Shown here: positions 31,901-36,547 of the stretch, piece by piece
Layout of the letters: the number at the start of each line of letters is the position of its first letter
Position numbering within the stretch: position 1 is the stretch's first letter
NCBI GenBank assembly: GCA_964650645.1
Contig: CAZYUH010000001.1
Span: forward strand, 411,032-475,031
Source of the DNA: an uncultured Candidatus Saccharibacteria bacterium
GTDB lineage: Bacteria; Patescibacteriota; Minisyncoccia; Phycocordibacterales; SBAW01
Reading direction: 5' to 3'
Length of the DNA stretch: 64,000 bases
The notes under the pieces: model-generated
The model's input: the letters and a program-made list of their open reading frames with translations, nothing else
The model's database searches: none
Told to the model about the DNA's origin: nothing
Program-made: the position numbers and the translations under genes

Positions 31901-31934
31901 CGCAGGAGGGGAGGGCGGCGCGGTGCAGCCGTAA
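13929..31934 (+). CDS. Giant 6001-aa surface fibre: N-terminal HTH, TM helix, tail-fibre-like repeats, LVIVD repeats, beta-helix, Gly-rich cassette, peptidase S74 chaperone, Pro/Glu tail
   Basis: Uninterrupted 18-kb ORF; LLNARKAAVLLECAPDYVSRLCREGKIEGVRHQGQWYID; TATALQTPRTINGVTFDGT and TDALAEGSANLYYT repeats; YAYVA...LxIxDxSNP repeats about 21250-22110; N(T/S)AxG repeats about 24700-25220; TSDIRLK...GVVAQQVQEVFPQLV...VDYGGL at 31041-31315. Confidence 0.9.
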   Translation: MTSSKKLFSKTGETLLNARKAAVLLECAPDYVSRLCREGKIEGVRHQGQWYIDPKSLESFRAGRDAARLARSEMLSAERRNESKAFARANGKAEGKPAQGIMSRIPAIPLSRHAAAALLISMLLGGAAYASSAAFSAARAQPEALSASAGRIESPFFSTVSFSFESVWRAIASLFAPSRDVAVAPSMQADRTLAAQPASPAAQPAVVAATTTQTFVTNTYPVVERTIERTVERAVPAQAADLGGFVTYDFLNAQIDGVYRSLSRRGSGGIADFSSLTAADIPALNYLPLTGGTLTGALSVSATSTLAGIALNADCSAYNNGGKLTTDSSGNVVCDNDTAGSGSGTPGGSTGQVQYNDAGDFGGEAGFTYDEGANRLTVSFASTTGITADYASTTNLVVSGVSNALLKTVNGVVVPAVAGTDYQAAGNYATFAYPFPSNATTTSIAFNGGLTGALTGNASTATALQTGRTINGVTFDGTQDITVTAASSTLLANNNTFSGNNTFSNTITGSITGNAGTVTNGVYTTTFGGLFAGQLAGTTTDALAEGSVNKYYTDSLVQSYLNGVDKGFFFSTTSAAYQLSVLDKGYFFSTTSAAYNLSTIDKGYFFSTTSADYLLSGKNYATFAYPFPSNATTTQLALNGGLTAPSATIAYASTTAITATTASTTNLVISGIATGSTQCLQINSSGTVSGTGSACGSGGGGSITQIGPAGQMQSGTSITLATSTSGSDFTITAAADTITFNFPIASASNTGKLTAADWSTFNDKISSTSLSAGAGIAYNPATGVITNTIGYPFPSNATTTSIAFNGGLTGTLTGSLVGNASTATALQTPRTINGVTFDGTSNITVTAASSTLLANNNTFSGTNTFSNTITGSITGNAGTVTNGVYTTTFNSLFDPRFASSFAGTTTDALAEGSTNLYYTQARATANFIANLAGTSSVASITTLPNLSLPSSQVTGLFAYPFPSNATTTQLAFNGGATFAGATTTALAVTGSTTVSSTLNVGGVINASGGVIGNVTGSLVGNASTATALETPRTINGVTFDGTQDITVAAASSTLLTDNNTFSGKTLLANATTTNLAVTGVTSSLLKTLSNGAVVAAVAGTDYVANTSGDWTGTFDGQEGSYYLNAANLANFGVPFYNFFSATTTSALAEGSNLYYTDERVDDRVGALLQAGSGVNLTYDDGSDTLTISATGGGGGGTDVNWTYFNGSTIRPATSTNQVLVGGTSTSTLVSPFAKLGVLGGASIDYASTTGITASYASTTDLVISGIPNGILKTVNGVVTAATAGVDYLTSGSSFAYPFPSNATTTQLAFNGGATFAGATTTALAVTGSTTVSSTLNVGGVINANGGVIGNVTGSLTGNASTATALQTPRTINGVTFDGTSNITVTAASSTLLANNNTFSGTNTFSNTITGSITGNAGTVTNGVYTTTFGGLFAGQLAGTTTDALAEGSANLYYTQARATANFIANLAGTSSVASITTLPNLSLPSSQVTGLFAYPFPSNATTTQLAFNGGLSATTITADAATSTSLFGGRVTGSTASFGATATSSFSSAGALTLANLSNAVLAVNAQGQVVATSSIGMSQLTGTLGVPNGGTGSTTLGGLLIGNGTGAIASAAVTGPLSFSGTTLSIAQATGAQSGYLSSADWSTFNGKVSSSSLSSANGYLTYNGSTGVFTASTSPTYAAATSTAFRTTSLTIGTLTGLLKASSGAVAAAVAGTDYENPLTFSYPLQRTVNAVSLAFGTTTSNTWAGTQTFTNAPRLGTLTGLVGANNGTLYQISTSTSFVTSLTAGAGISLSGATGAVTVTNAIGYPFPSNATTTQIAFNGGATFAGATTTALAVTGSTTVSGVLNAGGVVNANGGVTAAGASTIASTTLTGRTLLSNATSSSIYTPVLGVNGEYFTNLTGAGLQNVGGALTLDTAGDWTGTFDGQEGSYYLANSFSTTSAAYFSSLGLAFSTTSSDYWLSQKTTGNLAEGSNLYFTNARADARIAAATSTVRGMVSASGPLSYNSSTGIFSIFQAGAGQDGYLSSADWSAFNGKLSSSSIDTSTELASLIGDETGTGALVFGTGATLASTTLSGSTLLSNATTTNLAITGVTSSLLKTLANGAVVPAVAGSDYLTSATIYQYPFPNNATSTLIAFNGGITAAASTLSSTTLSGSTLLSNATTTSLGFSGLASTLLKTNAQGTVVAANAGTDYENPLTFSTGLSRIGDVVSNSGVTSATGTLNQISVSANTGNITFSLPSLVNLTNLTVAAATTTNSFTSGALSASTARFGSTATTTIDAAGNLAVAGTFDGAGLASCSGTADKLLWNAGVFSCGVDSGSGGGTSEINWTWFNGSAVRVSTSTNQVLIGTNATSTLAKLEVVGGVFTDNATSTASLFGGRITGNSAAFGTTASTTIDALGNVGIGSTTPSARLAVVGGNILQTASGDPKLVASSALGHRTYATAVSGRYAYVANETGGLRILDISNPAAPVVTGSFAYNGGSSAAISIAVAGQYAYVGDNAIGLVIIDVSNPAAPSVVSTSAIVNDPWNLALSGKYLYVADGNAKALKIIDVSNPAAPVVAGSFVSGGSTQPQAVAVAGKYAYMSDASLGNIYIVDISNPTAPALTATYASGGSPMSLYASGKYLYVADLVNGFYSLNVSNPNATPTLVGSYAGSHYGVAVAGQYAYIANDAGHELTVLDLANQSSPALVGGVDVGDEALGITMAGKYAFIAANLNGLAVVDVNGASFPAANIASLQSGMANIADALTVGGNIYAGGGLDVGVSGIYSRGTIAAYVASSTELNPVVATFMGGNVGIGTTSPFAKLSVGGSGFFGGSLTASSITASTSASLASTTLVGNTLLSNATTTSFAISGISGALLKTLANGAVVPAVAGTDYASPSDIFAYPFPSNATTTQLAFNGGLSATTITANAATSTSLFSGRVTGNTASFGATATSSFSSNGTLSLAGLSSALLSTDASGAVVATTTLSTNYLFGHLGFINGVAFSAGGSSIITAASSTLLANNNTFSGTNTFSNIITGSVSGNAGTATALQTPRTINGVTFDGTGNIVITAASSTLLANNNTFSGTNIFSNTINGSITGNAGTVTNGVYTTTFGGLFAGQLAGTTTDALAEGSANLYYTQARATANFIANLAGTSSVASITTLPNLSLPSSQVTGLFAYPFPSNATTTSIAFNGGLTGTLTGSLVGNASTATALQTPRTINGVTFDGTSNITVTAASSTLLANNNTFSGTNTFSNTINGSITGNAGTVTNGVYTTTFNSLFDPRFVTQLAATSSIASITTLPNLSLPYSQLTGTPAIAGYPFAGAGNSTSTLTQFNGGLTAYASSTIGNGTATGGLTVSGNATTTGNAYIAGNLTAAGTVAANGVSTAMIRDASSVSALDIANRRLLDSGTVNALDFSSASSIKLTQYTSNGFLKTSGGNGTLSVDTTISTSGGNVGIGTTSPYAKLSVAGQVVAASFVGTTTATSTLGGGMNIASGCYAVNGTCLSAASLGASTFAYPFPSNATTTQIAFNGGATFAGATTTALAVTGSTTVSSVLNVGGVINANGGITAGTYNASGASSTVLSLSGQALLSASSTTSSVFLGLNSGALNQSTGVYNSGLGAGALASNTTGTRNSAFGFATLVSNTSGAGNTAAGFQSMQSNTVGINNSAFGYNSLATNSYGVYNTAVGSHSLFANTSGVYNTASGYASLVFNSYGTFNSAFGSQALYNNGSGSYNSAFGYFAGKTNTVGTSTTLVGSFSDVAANNLSTSTAIGAGAVVSASNSLVLGGLGQSSVLAGVGTTTPFARFSIQANPTDSVPNAMLFAIGSSTASATTTLFSVSNTGSTTAQNGINIANGCYAVNGACLSAATFGASTFAYPFPSNATTTSIAFNGGLTGTLTGSLVGNASTATALQTPRTINGVTFDGTGNIVITAASSTLLANNNTFSGTNTFSNTISGSITGNAGTVTNGVYTTTFGGLFAGQLAGTTTDALAEGSANLYYTQARATANFIANLAGTSSVASITTLPNLSILSSQVSDLATTIGAAYPFALAGNATSTLTQFNGGLTAYASSTIGNGTAGLTVSGNSTTTGTAYFVGNVGIGTTSPFAALSVQGASSQAAATNAPVAFSVLGGTGSTTGLGGAIALTGGTGGNGVGGSGGGISLTGGNSGGGIASAGGTVALSAGNGGGATPGAGGALTISGGIASGNAGGIVISSGSANIAASNTSGGNITMIAGNGGGAGSVGAGGSFTFNSGSGNVGSASQAAGSFTFNGGSAGASKQGGSFAFNGGAGSTTGNGGDFSITGGTGGNSAGSRGGNITLNPGAAGTSGAVGNVLLATLNGNVGIGTTSPYAKLSVAGSVVAASFVGTTTATSTLGGGMDIATGCYAINGTCLSAASLGASTFAYPFPSNATSTSIAFSGGLTGTLTGSLVGNASTATALQTGRAINGVTFDGTSNITVTAASSTLLANDNTFSGTNTFSNTISGSITGNAGTVTNGVYTTTFNGLFDNRLSASSSIAGITTLPNLSLPASQVTGLAAYPFPSNATTTQIAFNGGLTAYASTTIGNGTAIGGLTISGGATTTGTAYFAGNVGIGTSSPYQALSVVGSTTLQANAAAAYSWTNASQPEGVTLRIGADGSSVAGLLIQGSNSGAGITDYLSVYNRFGTRLFGVTDSGVGIGGNTRLTVGPGFASGASLNPTGVNDYSIFGSSATSTPAQLIWDARRGTFYEDRTTPILRFAGNVGGGNSPIIGESVGGINILNASTTRGLSFASYASSTGQFIENFRILSTGNTGFGTSSPFAKLAVQAGDGDTATTLFAIGSSTASATTTLFSVSNTGSTTIQNGVNIAGGCYAVNGTCLSAATFGASTFAYPFLSNATSTTLTFSGGLLATASSTFSGQLNLGGTAANIALGSNYLSGDGGDEGVFVNSGGDVGIGTNGLISSHVLTVAGNQYLSGGLGVGGGNTVPGSAHIYGSAGDATSLTIDAPNASSASALNISGPSSGKAFAITATGETLARGMFYVDGSYGIGPGGNSYSRDTFISRSATSTLLVSSDMASGAANLIVTGNIGVGTTSPYAKLSVTGDAVLSGSSPTLTLHDTGGNSFNTIQNAGGGLQFNTGSGNSIVFQQAGVEAARFVTGSRNFGIGTSSPSQALSVAGNGYVSGGFGIGMPPAAAGGLYFNRAGNDPFFSWYESGVNVGQIRADATRGGIYFADTTGGTTYFQVNTSGAGAGNVGVGTTTPGSLLAIGNTGGINFTTATSTFNTTGGININSGCFAMNGTCITAGGGGGVSLSAANTWTALQTFQSGLLSQASSTFTGALTLSGGIVNYAANSTSTVPNNAAYAWTIATSSTAQPLFAIDTTSGSESVSLGAAGADVYIGDAGSSPDLVFENSGTIKTASGGTLTIGDGSDIVNFGVNVGIGSTTPGSLLSVGDTNGINFTTATSTFSSTGGINIASGCFAVNGTCITGGGGGSSASSTLLADFNTFTNLQRFNGGLLSLASSTIGNGNAGLTISGNSTTTGNSLVSGGLNVGTVPVAPVTGGIYLQRTTNPFISFYYGSTQAGQLRANSTSQLSLTDPTGNSPYLSINTSGAAAGNVGVGTTSPFANFAVQKNYGSTNTTLFAVSSSTNSGGTTATTLFSVDSSGVATVGNESGAGDANFQFASDANAWSVGYKSSDKSFNIASSTNFSGTAALSIAKNGNATFTGSGGTCTINGSGECTSDIRLKTDVATTTGQDALAKLAKLDAITYTWSDPKLDQAQRLGVVAQQVQEVFPQLVGSTTVSFMGVTGTYLTVDYGGLAAPLIAAVNELNLRTGFLATTTATSTPDELADGPFKAASDWLKSALASGLDAIQGVADIGVRNVGAAIYAAAGAFNEVFAQTITADTVKAKQLCLEDVCITKTELQNLLNQQHSSGGGSGGNGGGGGSVPPPAPEPAGPEPEPQASSTPETAPEPEAPSPGEASPGPEAPAPEPDAPAPEATPEPEPEPEDPAPQDAPAPAPASAPAAGGEGGAVQP
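15200..28530 (+). repeat. Intragenic near-identical direct repeats in the giant gene, punctuated by about 17 YPF(P)xNAT(T/S)T hinge motifs
   Basis: e.g. 16297-16520 vs 23407-23635; 16801-16975 vs 17812-17988; 18190-18420 vs 23200-23415 vs 25795-25965; 23012-23135 vs 25603-25728 nearly nucleotide-identical. Confidence 0.9.
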
Positions 31935-31974
31935 CACGATGTCATAAAAGAGCCCGATGGTATAATCGGGCGTA

Positions 31975-33861
31975 ATGAAGCGGCATTCTTGTTTCAATGC
32001 GGGTACGCGCCTGGGCACTCGGCACGGCATAAAAAGAATCCTCCCGCTGTTCGGTGTTGCGGCATTTTTTGCCGTGTTCCTTGTGGCGCCCCACTCGGCG
32101 CAAGCAGCGCTTTCCTATGTCGGCTCCGCAGAAGGGAGCGGCATAAATACTACGGTTAATGTGAGCCTCACAGGTCTTTCTTTGCAACAGGGCGATCTGG
32201 TAATCGTCTTGAACGGATGGGGGGAGACCTCGAACGGTGATCCTGGCGTGGGTACGTCTGGATATACCGAGGTGGCTGATCTGTATGCGAATGATTCTGT
32301 TGATGCCAACCTTTCCGTCAGCTGGAAGATCATGGGTGCGTCGCCCGATTCGTCCGTGTCCTGCAACTCAAACGGCACGACATTCGGCGCATCGGCGTGC
32401 CTGGTGCACGTATGGCGCGGGGCGGACGCGACAGTGCCCATGGATGTGACTCCCACTACGGCTACAGGTGTCGACTCGGCCGTCTTCGACAGCCCTTCCA
32501 TTACGCCGGTAACTGCGGGAGCGGTCGTGCTTACGCTCGGCTTGAGCACCGCCACGGGCGCCAGCGGGGACTCGTCGATAACCGCTCCGTCGGGGTATTC
32601 CAATCAGGCCGATATAAATGCAAACGGAAACACGAGGTCATCCCAATCCGGCATCGCATCCAAGGCGTGGAGCGGCTCAGGTGCCGAGAACCCGGGCGCG
32701 TGGAGCAATATAACCACTGACACATTCAATTCCTGGGCTGCTGTTACGCTCGCTATACGCCCCGCTGCCGGACCGGGAGGGGGCGGGACCATATTCCTCA
32801 CGTCGGGCACGACGTGGCAGGTGCCTTCCGATTGGGATTCTTCTAATAACACCATAGAGGTTATAGGCGGCGGGGGAGGCGGAGATACCCCGAGCGACAC
32901 GGTCTATTCCGCGGGCGGCGGCGGCGGCGCATACTCGAAAATCACGAACGCGACGCTTACGCCCGGCGCGACAGTCGCCATTGCTGTGGGTGCCGGCGGG
33001 TCGGGCGGTACTACTCCGACTGCCGGCGGCGACACGTACCTGTGCAACTCGCCCAGCAACTGCGCGACCATTGGCGGCAGCGCGGTCATCGTCGGCGCGA
33101 AAGGCGGCGGCGCGCCTACCGGGTCCGGGTTCCCGACCGGCGGTGCCGGGGGTGCTGCGGCCAGCGGAGTGGGGACGGTCAAGAACTCGGGCGGCGCAGG
33201 CGGCACGTCTTCGTTAGGCAACCCGGGCTCCGGCGGCGGCGGCGCAGGCGGGCCGCGGGGCGCGGGCGGCGCGGGTGCGGATGACGCCAATACCACGGGC
33301 TCCGGAGGCGGCGGCGGCGGCGGCGCGGGCGGCGGCGGGTCCGGAACGAATGGCGCGGCCGGTACGGCTGCCGCAAATAGCTTAGGCGGCGCAGGCGGCG
33401 CAGGCGGCAACAATGCCGCGGGAGCGGGCTCCGGCGGCGCCGGTACGGCTAGCGGAGGAACGGGATCTGCGGGTACGGCCGGAGGAGGCGGCGGAGGAGG
33501 CGGCGGAAAAAACGGAACGAATGCCGGAGCCGGAGGCGCCGGAGGCGCTGGTACGGACTGGGACGCGACGCATGGTGCGGGCGGCGGAGGCGGAGGAGGC
33601 GGAGGCAGCAACGACGCTACCGTCAATGGTTCGGCGACCGGCGGCGCCGGCGGCCTGTACGGCGGCGGAGGAGGCGGAGGCGGCGGAACGTCCGCAGGCA
33701 ACGGCACCAACGGCGCGGGCGGCAACGGCGCGCAGGGGATCATCGTCATCACCTACACGGCAGCAGGAGGCGGGTCCGGCACGCCCTCGCGCCGCATGCG
33801 GCTCTTCGAAGGATTCAAAATAAAGCTCATTAGCGGCAAGATAAAAGTGCTCCCGATATGA
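31975..33861 (+). CDS. Secreted protein: beta-sandwich-like N domain plus glycine-rich domain and basic C-terminal tail
   Basis: Signal peptide ...HSAQA; TIFLTSGTTWQVPSDW...TIEVIGGGGGG...GAQGIIVITYT; tail RRMRLFEGFKIKLISGKIKVLPI. Confidence 0.8.
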   Translation: MKRHSCFNAGTRLGTRHGIKRILPLFGVAAFFAVFLVAPHSAQAALSYVGSAEGSGINTTVNVSLTGLSLQQGDLVIVLNGWGETSNGDPGVGTSGYTEVADLYANDSVDANLSVSWKIMGASPDSSVSCNSNGTTFGASACLVHVWRGADATVPMDVTPTTATGVDSAVFDSPSITPVTAGAVVLTLGLSTATGASGDSSITAPSGYSNQADINANGNTRSSQSGIASKAWSGSGAENPGAWSNITTDTFNSWAAVTLAIRPAAGPGGGGTIFLTSGTTWQVPSDWDSSNNTIEVIGGGGGGDTPSDTVYSAGGGGGAYSKITNATLTPGATVAIAVGAGGSGGTTPTAGGDTYLCNSPSNCATIGGSAVIVGAKGGGAPTGSGFPTGGAGGAAASGVGTVKNSGGAGGTSSLGNPGSGGGGAGGPRGAGGAGADDANTTGSGGGGGGGAGGGGSGTNGAAGTAAANSLGGAGGAGGNNAAGAGSGGAGTASGGTGSAGTAGGGGGGGGGKNGTNAGAGGAGGAGTDWDATHGAGGGGGGGGGSNDATVNGSATGGAGGLYGGGGGGGGGTSAGNGTNGAGGNGAQGIIVITYTAAGGGSGTPSRRMRLFEGFKIKLISGKIKVLPI

Positions 33862-34454
33862 GCAGGGGCGCATGGATAGCCGCTTCGTGCGTTGCCCTGT
33901 GTATCGCGGCGGCGGCATGGGCGTTCTTTGGCGCGCCGGGAGCGCCGCGCATTTTTTTACCGGGCGGCGCAGGCGGCGAACCGGCGCCCGGCTTTGCAAT
34001 GGCAAGCGGGACAGACGCAAGCGCCGGGCCGCTCAAGCCGCCGCGCACGCCGCCGGCGGGACAGAAGGAGCTGTACAATGAAAAATATCGGTTCTCGCTC
34101 TTTTATCCGGACACCCTTTCCTTAAAAGCCTACGACGAAGGGGGCGGGGCGTCGACTATCGCGCTCCAGAGCGTCGCGCGCGCGGAAGGATTCCAAATAT
34201 TCGTCGTGCCCTACCGGGGCGCGCAAGTGAGCATGGAGCGGTTCAGGCGCGACGTGCCGTCAGGGGTCATGCGGGAGCCTCTTGATACAACCATAGACGG
34301 CGCGACGGCGACGAGCTTCTACAGCGCCAACGCCGCGCTGGGCGACACGGCCGAGATATGGTTCATTCATGGCGGCTACCTGTTCGAGGTGACCGCGCCC
34401 AAATCGCAGGCGGCATGGCTCTCGGATATCATGAAAACCTGGCAGTTCATATAA
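33858..34454 (+). CDS. Membrane-anchored PsbP-like protein (paralog 1)
   Basis: 4-nt overlap with upstream gene; N-terminal TM; YNEKYRFSLFYP...IDGATA...EIWFIHGGYLFEV...IMKTWQFI. Confidence 0.7.
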   Translation: MSRGAWIAASCVALCIAAAAWAFFGAPGAPRIFLPGGAGGEPAPGFAMASGTDASAGPLKPPRTPPAGQKELYNEKYRFSLFYPDTLSLKAYDEGGGASTIALQSVARAEGFQIFVVPYRGAQVSMERFRRDVPSGVMREPLDTTIDGATATSFYSANAALGDTAEIWFIHGGYLFEVTAPKSQAAWLSDIMKTWQFI

Positions 34455-34483
34455 GGCGGGGCGCGATGATATAATCGGCGTTA

Positions 34484-36547
34484 ATGAGGTGGGGCAATGG
34501 CTACATAGGCGCGTTCGTCGCCGCGTGCGCGTGCGCATTCCTCCTGCCTGCCTGTGCGCATGCGGCGACGGTGTTCCTCACGTCGGGCACGTCGTGGAGC
34601 GTGCCGTCCGATTGGGACTCGGCGAGCAACACCATTGAAGTCATAGGCGGCGGCGGGGCGGGAGAAGATATAAACGGCGGAGGCGGCGGAGGAGGCGGCT
34701 ATACCAAGGCAACGAACGTGACGCTGACTCCCGGCTCGACGGTCGCGTATGCTGTCGGCGCGGGCGGGCTCACCAGCAGCGCGAGCGGCGGCGATACGTA
34801 CCTATGCAACAGCACCTCAAACTGCGCCGATATTAACGGCACGGCGGTCGTTGCGGGCGCCCGGGGCGGCGCGGGGTCTGCCGGAACCGGCGGCGGCGCG
34901 GGTGGCGCGCTGGGCGTGCCTGTATCGGGCACGGTGCGCTACGCGGGCGGCGCCGGCGGCGACGGGAATACCGACGGCGAGACCGGCGGCGGAGGAGGCG
35001 GCGCGGGCGGCCCTTTCGGCGGCGGCGCTAATGGCGGCGGCGGCGCGGGCGGCACCGATGACGGAGGCGGAGGCGGAGGCGGCGCCGGCGGCGGCACGAA
35101 CGGCGCCGCCGGAACCGGCCATAGCGGCACGGGCGGCAACGGCGGCGACAACCACAACGGCGCCGGCGGCGGCACGGGCGGCAACAGCGCGTCCGGCGGC
35201 ACGGACGGAGGCGGCGGAGGCGGCAGTTGCCGGTTCGGCGCGGACGGCGGCGGCGGCACCGAGTGGGACGCGACGCACGGCTCGGGCGGCGGCGGAGGCG
35301 GCGGAGGCTACGTCACCGACTGCAGCGGCACCAACAGCTCGGGCGGCGCCGGCGGCCTGTACGGCGGAGGAGGCGGAGGCGGCGGCGAGAATACGGCGAC
35401 CGACAACGGCGGCGCGGGCGCGCAGGGCATTATCGTCATAACGTACACGCCGGCCAGCGCTCCCGTTGGCCGCATCGTGCGCCTGAAGGGCGGCGTGCGG
35501 TTGGTAGGCGGCGTGCGGTTCGGCGGCACCTCGCCCGTCACGACGTACGGCGGGGGCGGAAGTCCGTCGTGCGATGCGGCATTTACCGATATTGGCGGCG
35601 GGCAGTGCCGTCTGTTCGTGACGTCGCTCGCGGCGACCACCTTCAGCGTGCCTCCCAACTGGACCTCGACGAATACCATAGAAACTATCGGCGGCGGCGG
35701 CGGAGGCTCGAACTACCCGACGGGCGGCGGAGGCGGCGCGTATAGCGCGTCCACCAACGTTTCGTTGACGCCGGGCGCGACGGTCGGCCTCAAGGTCGGC
35801 GGAGGCGGCGCGGGCGGGCCTACCGGCGGCTCGTTTACCGCAGGGGGTGCTGGCGGCGACACGTACGTATGCAACTCGACCAGCAACTGCGCGAGCATTG
35901 CGGGCAGCGCGGTCATCGTAGGCGCCAAGGGCGGCGGGGGCGGCGCGACGACCGCCGTCCTGACAAGCGGCGGCGCGTCTGGGAGCGGCGTGGGCGCAAC
36001 CAAGGTAAGCGGCGGCAACTCCCCGGCGCCATCGACCAACGGCTCCGGCGGCGGCGGCGCAGGTGGGCCGCAGGGCGCTGGCGCTGCGGGCGGGCAAAGC
36101 ACTGGCAACGGCGGCGCGGGCGGAGGCGGCAACGGCGGCGGCAGCGCGGGCGCAGGCACGGGTTCTGATAATGGAGGCAACGGAGGCAATAATTTCGGCG
36201 GCACCGGCAGCGGCGCGGGCGGCGTCGCATCGGGCGCTGTGGGCAGTCCGGGCGCCGCAGGTACGAACGGCGGCGGAGGCGGCGGAGGAAGCCGACCTTT
36301 TTCAGACAATAACATCGTCGGCGGCGCCGGAGGCAATGGCACCGAGTGGGACGCGACGCACGGGTCGGGCGGCGGCGGAGGCGGCGCCGGCGGCACGAAC
36401 GCCGCTGGTGTTACGGGCATTTTCGGCGGCGCCGGGGGGCTCTACGGAGGCGGTGGCGGCGCCGGCGGCTACAACACATCCGACGGCATAGGCTTCAAGG
36501 GCGGCGACGGCGGGCAGGGGATTATCGTCATAACCTACACGCTCTAA
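34484..36547 (+). CDS. Secreted protein with two tandem glycine-rich domains
   Basis: Signal peptide ...CAHA; two units each with VP.(D/N)W...TIE.IGGGG, GGDTY.CNSTSNCA, GTEWDATHGSGGGGG, GIIVITYT. Confidence 0.8.
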   Translation: MRWGNGYIGAFVAACACAFLLPACAHAATVFLTSGTSWSVPSDWDSASNTIEVIGGGGAGEDINGGGGGGGGYTKATNVTLTPGSTVAYAVGAGGLTSSASGGDTYLCNSTSNCADINGTAVVAGARGGAGSAGTGGGAGGALGVPVSGTVRYAGGAGGDGNTDGETGGGGGGAGGPFGGGANGGGGAGGTDDGGGGGGGAGGGTNGAAGTGHSGTGGNGGDNHNGAGGGTGGNSASGGTDGGGGGGSCRFGADGGGGTEWDATHGSGGGGGGGGYVTDCSGTNSSGGAGGLYGGGGGGGGENTATDNGGAGAQGIIVITYTPASAPVGRIVRLKGGVRLVGGVRFGGTSPVTTYGGGGSPSCDAAFTDIGGGQCRLFVTSLAATTFSVPPNWTSTNTIETIGGGGGGSNYPTGGGGGAYSASTNVSLTPGATVGLKVGGGGAGGPTGGSFTAGGAGGDTYVCNSTSNCASIAGSAVIVGAKGGGGGATTAVLTSGGASGSGVGATKVSGGNSPAPSTNGSGGGGAGGPQGAGAAGGQSTGNGGAGGGGNGGGSAGAGTGSDNGGNGGNNFGGTGSGAGGVASGAVGSPGAAGTNGGGGGGGSRPFSDNNIVGGAGGNGTEWDATHGSGGGGGGAGGTNAAGVTGIFGGAGGLYGGGGGAGGYNTSDGIGFKGGDGGQGIIVITYTL

